DNA of 64,000 nt from Armatimonadota bacterium (GTDB taxonomy: Bacteria; Armatimonadota; Fervidibacteria; Fervidibacterales; Thermosaccharophagaceae): contig JANXAS010000006.1 in the NCBI GenBank assembly GCA_025062195.1, forward strand, positions 13,072 through 77,071, given 5' to 3'. This document shows, piece after piece, positions 62,189 through 64,000 of this stretch. The translations under genes and the position numbers were made by a program. Each line of letters starts with the position of its first letter. Position 1 is the first letter of the stretch. The notes below the pieces were generated by a model that was not told where the DNA came from, made no database searches, and worked only from the letters and a program-made list of their open reading frames with translations.

Positions 62189-62961
62189 TTCTTGGAAGGA
62201 AGGGGTCAGATGTGAAAAGTAACGAGAAAGACTGGCAGGTTGAGGCAGAGATTAGAAACTTGCTTTTACGAGCAAATGTTGAAAGAACCCGTGGAAATTA
62301 CCAGAGGGCACTTGAGCTTGTAAAGCGTGCTTATGAACTTGCGCCTGATAACCCACAAGTCCTTGAGCTGTATGGCGACATACTCCGCGCTCGTGGTAGA
62401 CTAAAAGAAGCCTTGGAAATGTATCAGGCAGCACTTCAAAAAGTTCACCACAAACCCTCGGTTGAAGAAAAGATAGCATCGCTAACCCTTGAACTATCAG
62501 AGATAGCAAGGCAAGAGGAACTGAGAGCATGGCTGAGAGAGCATCCAGAACATCGTCCAAGAGCAAAAAATCCCACATTAGCGGTTTTAGCCTCAATGAT
62601 GATTCCGGGTGCAGGGCAAGTTTATAACGGAGATTTTGTCAAAGGATTTGCGCTATTTGGTGTTTCTCTTCTAAGTTTTGCTGGGTGGCTGACTCCAGTA
62701 TTTGATGCTTTGGGAAAAGCTGCCAAGAAATTTGGGGCAATTAGCCTTAATTCCTTGCTTGAGGTCATGCGTGATTGGAGCACGCTAAAATTGGTCTTGT
62801 TGCTCGTTGTGATGATGGTTTTCTTTTTGGCATGGACTTATGCAATTATTGAGGCGGGTATAACGGCATTTCAATTGCAAAAGGCAGCACAGCTTGAATT
62901 TGAAGAAGCTTTTAGAAGGCGTAAAGAAGAAAACCAACAATTACAAAGTTCAAAAGATTAG
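62185..62961 (+). CDS. TPR-repeat membrane protein
   Basis: N-terminal TPR units (RGNYQRALELVKRAYELAPDNPQVLELYGDILRARGRLKEALEMYQAAL), then TM helices including MMIPGAGQVYNGDFVKGFALFGV. The ATG at 62185 overlaps the upstream stop (ATGA). Confidence 0.65.
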   Translation: MILGRKGSDVKSNEKDWQVEAEIRNLLLRANVERTRGNYQRALELVKRAYELAPDNPQVLELYGDILRARGRLKEALEMYQAALQKVHHKPSVEEKIASLTLELSEIARQEELRAWLREHPEHRPRAKNPTLAVLASMMIPGAGQVYNGDFVKGFALFGVSLLSFAGWLTPVFDALGKAAKKFGAISLNSLLEVMRDWSTLKLVLLLVVMMVFFLAWTYAIIEAGITAFQLQKAAQLEFEEAFRRRKEENQQLQSSKD

Positions 62962-63003
62962 TCTTGAATATAGTAAAAACAATGGCTTTGGTGATAGCAA
63001 AAT

Positions 63004-64000
63004 ATGTTATCAAACGAAATTAATGCTATAAGGAAAATTCGCACAGAGTTGCGCGAAAGCGAGCTAATAAATCGTCATGCCCAATATATGCGGTTTTTGA
63101 GCTCGCTGATTAAAGGAGGGGATAGAGATAAAGCAATTGAAAAACTCAATCAAATGAAGCATGACTGGAGAGAACACTTGAGCAAATGCGCCGGAATTTT
63201 TCCCCCACCTCTCCCCTATAAAGGGCAGCTTATACGCCGTCATCCATCAAGATACTCAACTTCCGAATGGGTTCTTGAACTCAGCGATGGCTTGCAAATA
63301 TCATTCATCGTCCTTTCGCCCGAATTTGTGACAAAACCGCATGCTAACATTTTGCTAATACCGCCATTGGGCGAACGAACTGGCTTGGGATCCCGAAAAG
63401 AAGACACTGCCGAGCGTTATGGTAGTCTAATTGCGGACGCCGGCTATAGGGTTATTATTCCGGACTTGCCAACATTGGTATCAGTGAGCATATCAAGCGT
63501 AAAAAGATTGATATTGCTCGGGAAAACATTTATTGGCGAAATAGCCCGTGAGCTTATGGCACTGACAACATTTCTTGCCAATCAGGACAAATTTAGTGAA
63601 TTACCGACTGCAGTTATGGGTTGGGGTATATCCGGTTGGGCTGGGTTAGTATATTCAGCGCTTGATGAAAGGGTCTCTGGGGCATTTGTTTCAATGCCTT
63701 CAAGAATGACAATCCATGGATACATTCCCGGGATGTTTCGGAAATTCACATTCATTTCGGTTGGCATCCTTGTTTCTCCGAGGGTGCTTGCGATTTCTTC
63801 GTCTCTTGACAAATATCTTGAGGTTGAAGGCGATATTATCAAAGCAGCTTATGAAGTTGAGGGTGCCAAAGAAATGTATAAAAGGCTGGCATTATCTTGC
63901 CCGGATGATTTAGTCAAATGGTTTGTGGAGGAAGGTTCATTATGGGCACAAAATTCTCTTTACAGGCATAGCCTAAAAAGTGTGAGGGATATTAAGCCAA
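63004..64000 (+). CDS. Hypothetical protein, possibly alpha/beta-hydrolase-like (3' end beyond window)
   Basis: Not in the ORF track because no stop lies in the window. I translated it codon by codon from the ATG at 63004, and it is open for 332 codons to the window end (MLSNEINAIRKIRTELRES...). GWGISGWAG is only loosely nucleophile-elbow-like. The track ORFs 63582..63842(-) and 63716..63913(+) lie in other frames. Confidence 0.55.
   Translation, partial: MLSNEINAIRKIRTELRESELINRHAQYMRFLSSLIKGGDRDKAIEKLNQMKHDWREHLSKCAGIFPPPLPYKGQLIRRHPSRYSTSEWVLELSDGLQISFIVLSPEFVTKPHANILLIPPLGERTGLGSRKEDTAERYGSLIADAGYRVIIPDLPTLVSVSISSVKRLILLGKTFIGEIARELMALTTFLANQDKFSELPTAVMGWGISGWAGLVYSALDERVSGAFVSMPSRMTIHGYIPGMFRKFTFISVGILVSPRVLAISSSLDKYLEVEGDIIKAAYEVEGAKEMYKRLALSCPDDLVKWFVEEGSLWAQNSLYRHSLKSVRDIKP

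Overview
This is a chromosomal segment of a bacterium that contains the replication origin: dnaA (57181-58743), a dense DnaA-box cluster/oriC candidate (58750-59135), then dnaN, recF and a DUF721 gene. I can support about 47 protein-coding genes and one tRNA-Thr(UGU). I found no rRNA, CRISPR array, transposase, integrase or phage genes.

The left 42 kb is tightly packed housekeeping and envelope DNA:
- exbB-exbD, a TonB-like gene and a 904-aa TPR protein
- HtrA and a 1010-aa TolB-like protein with Ig-like repeats
- recA-recX-rny-ymdB-spoVS
- tilS-ftsH
- an operon running from coaBC to an ADP-forming acyl-CoA synthetase, which includes a fused ABC ATPase-permease
- a 1442-aa SpoIVB-like (S55) peptidase

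By my own gene calls, about one third of the DNA between 42.5 and 59.2 kb has no supportable ORF, against about 8 % to the left. That noncoding DNA is structured in three ways:
1. A dispersed ~120-nt repeat with complementary 16-nt arms and two internal hairpins has at least six copies. One lies between recA and recX, one beside the tRNA, and a tandem pair lies upstream of dnaA. One stem shows a compensatory change between copies.
2. Arrays of heterogeneous short hairpins, often with a TAAA loop, are separated by a recurring GAAAAWTYC-like spacer. One array is bracketed by a 22-nt inverted repeat.
3. A 15-bp tandem repeat is present in four full copies plus a partial fifth.

By hand spot counts, the genes from dnaA to the right edge are roughly 10 points lower in G+C than the rest.

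The lineage guess is low confidence. An H-X9-DG prepilin-like protein, rny-ymdB-spoVS and ExbBD/TonB together suggest a diderm Terrabacteria-type lineage such as Armatimonadota.

I did not find a convincing novel multi-gene protein system and there is no defence-island signature. The most promising undescribed feature is the noncoding repeat/RNA-like system concentrated around the origin. The compositionally deviant replication module comes second.
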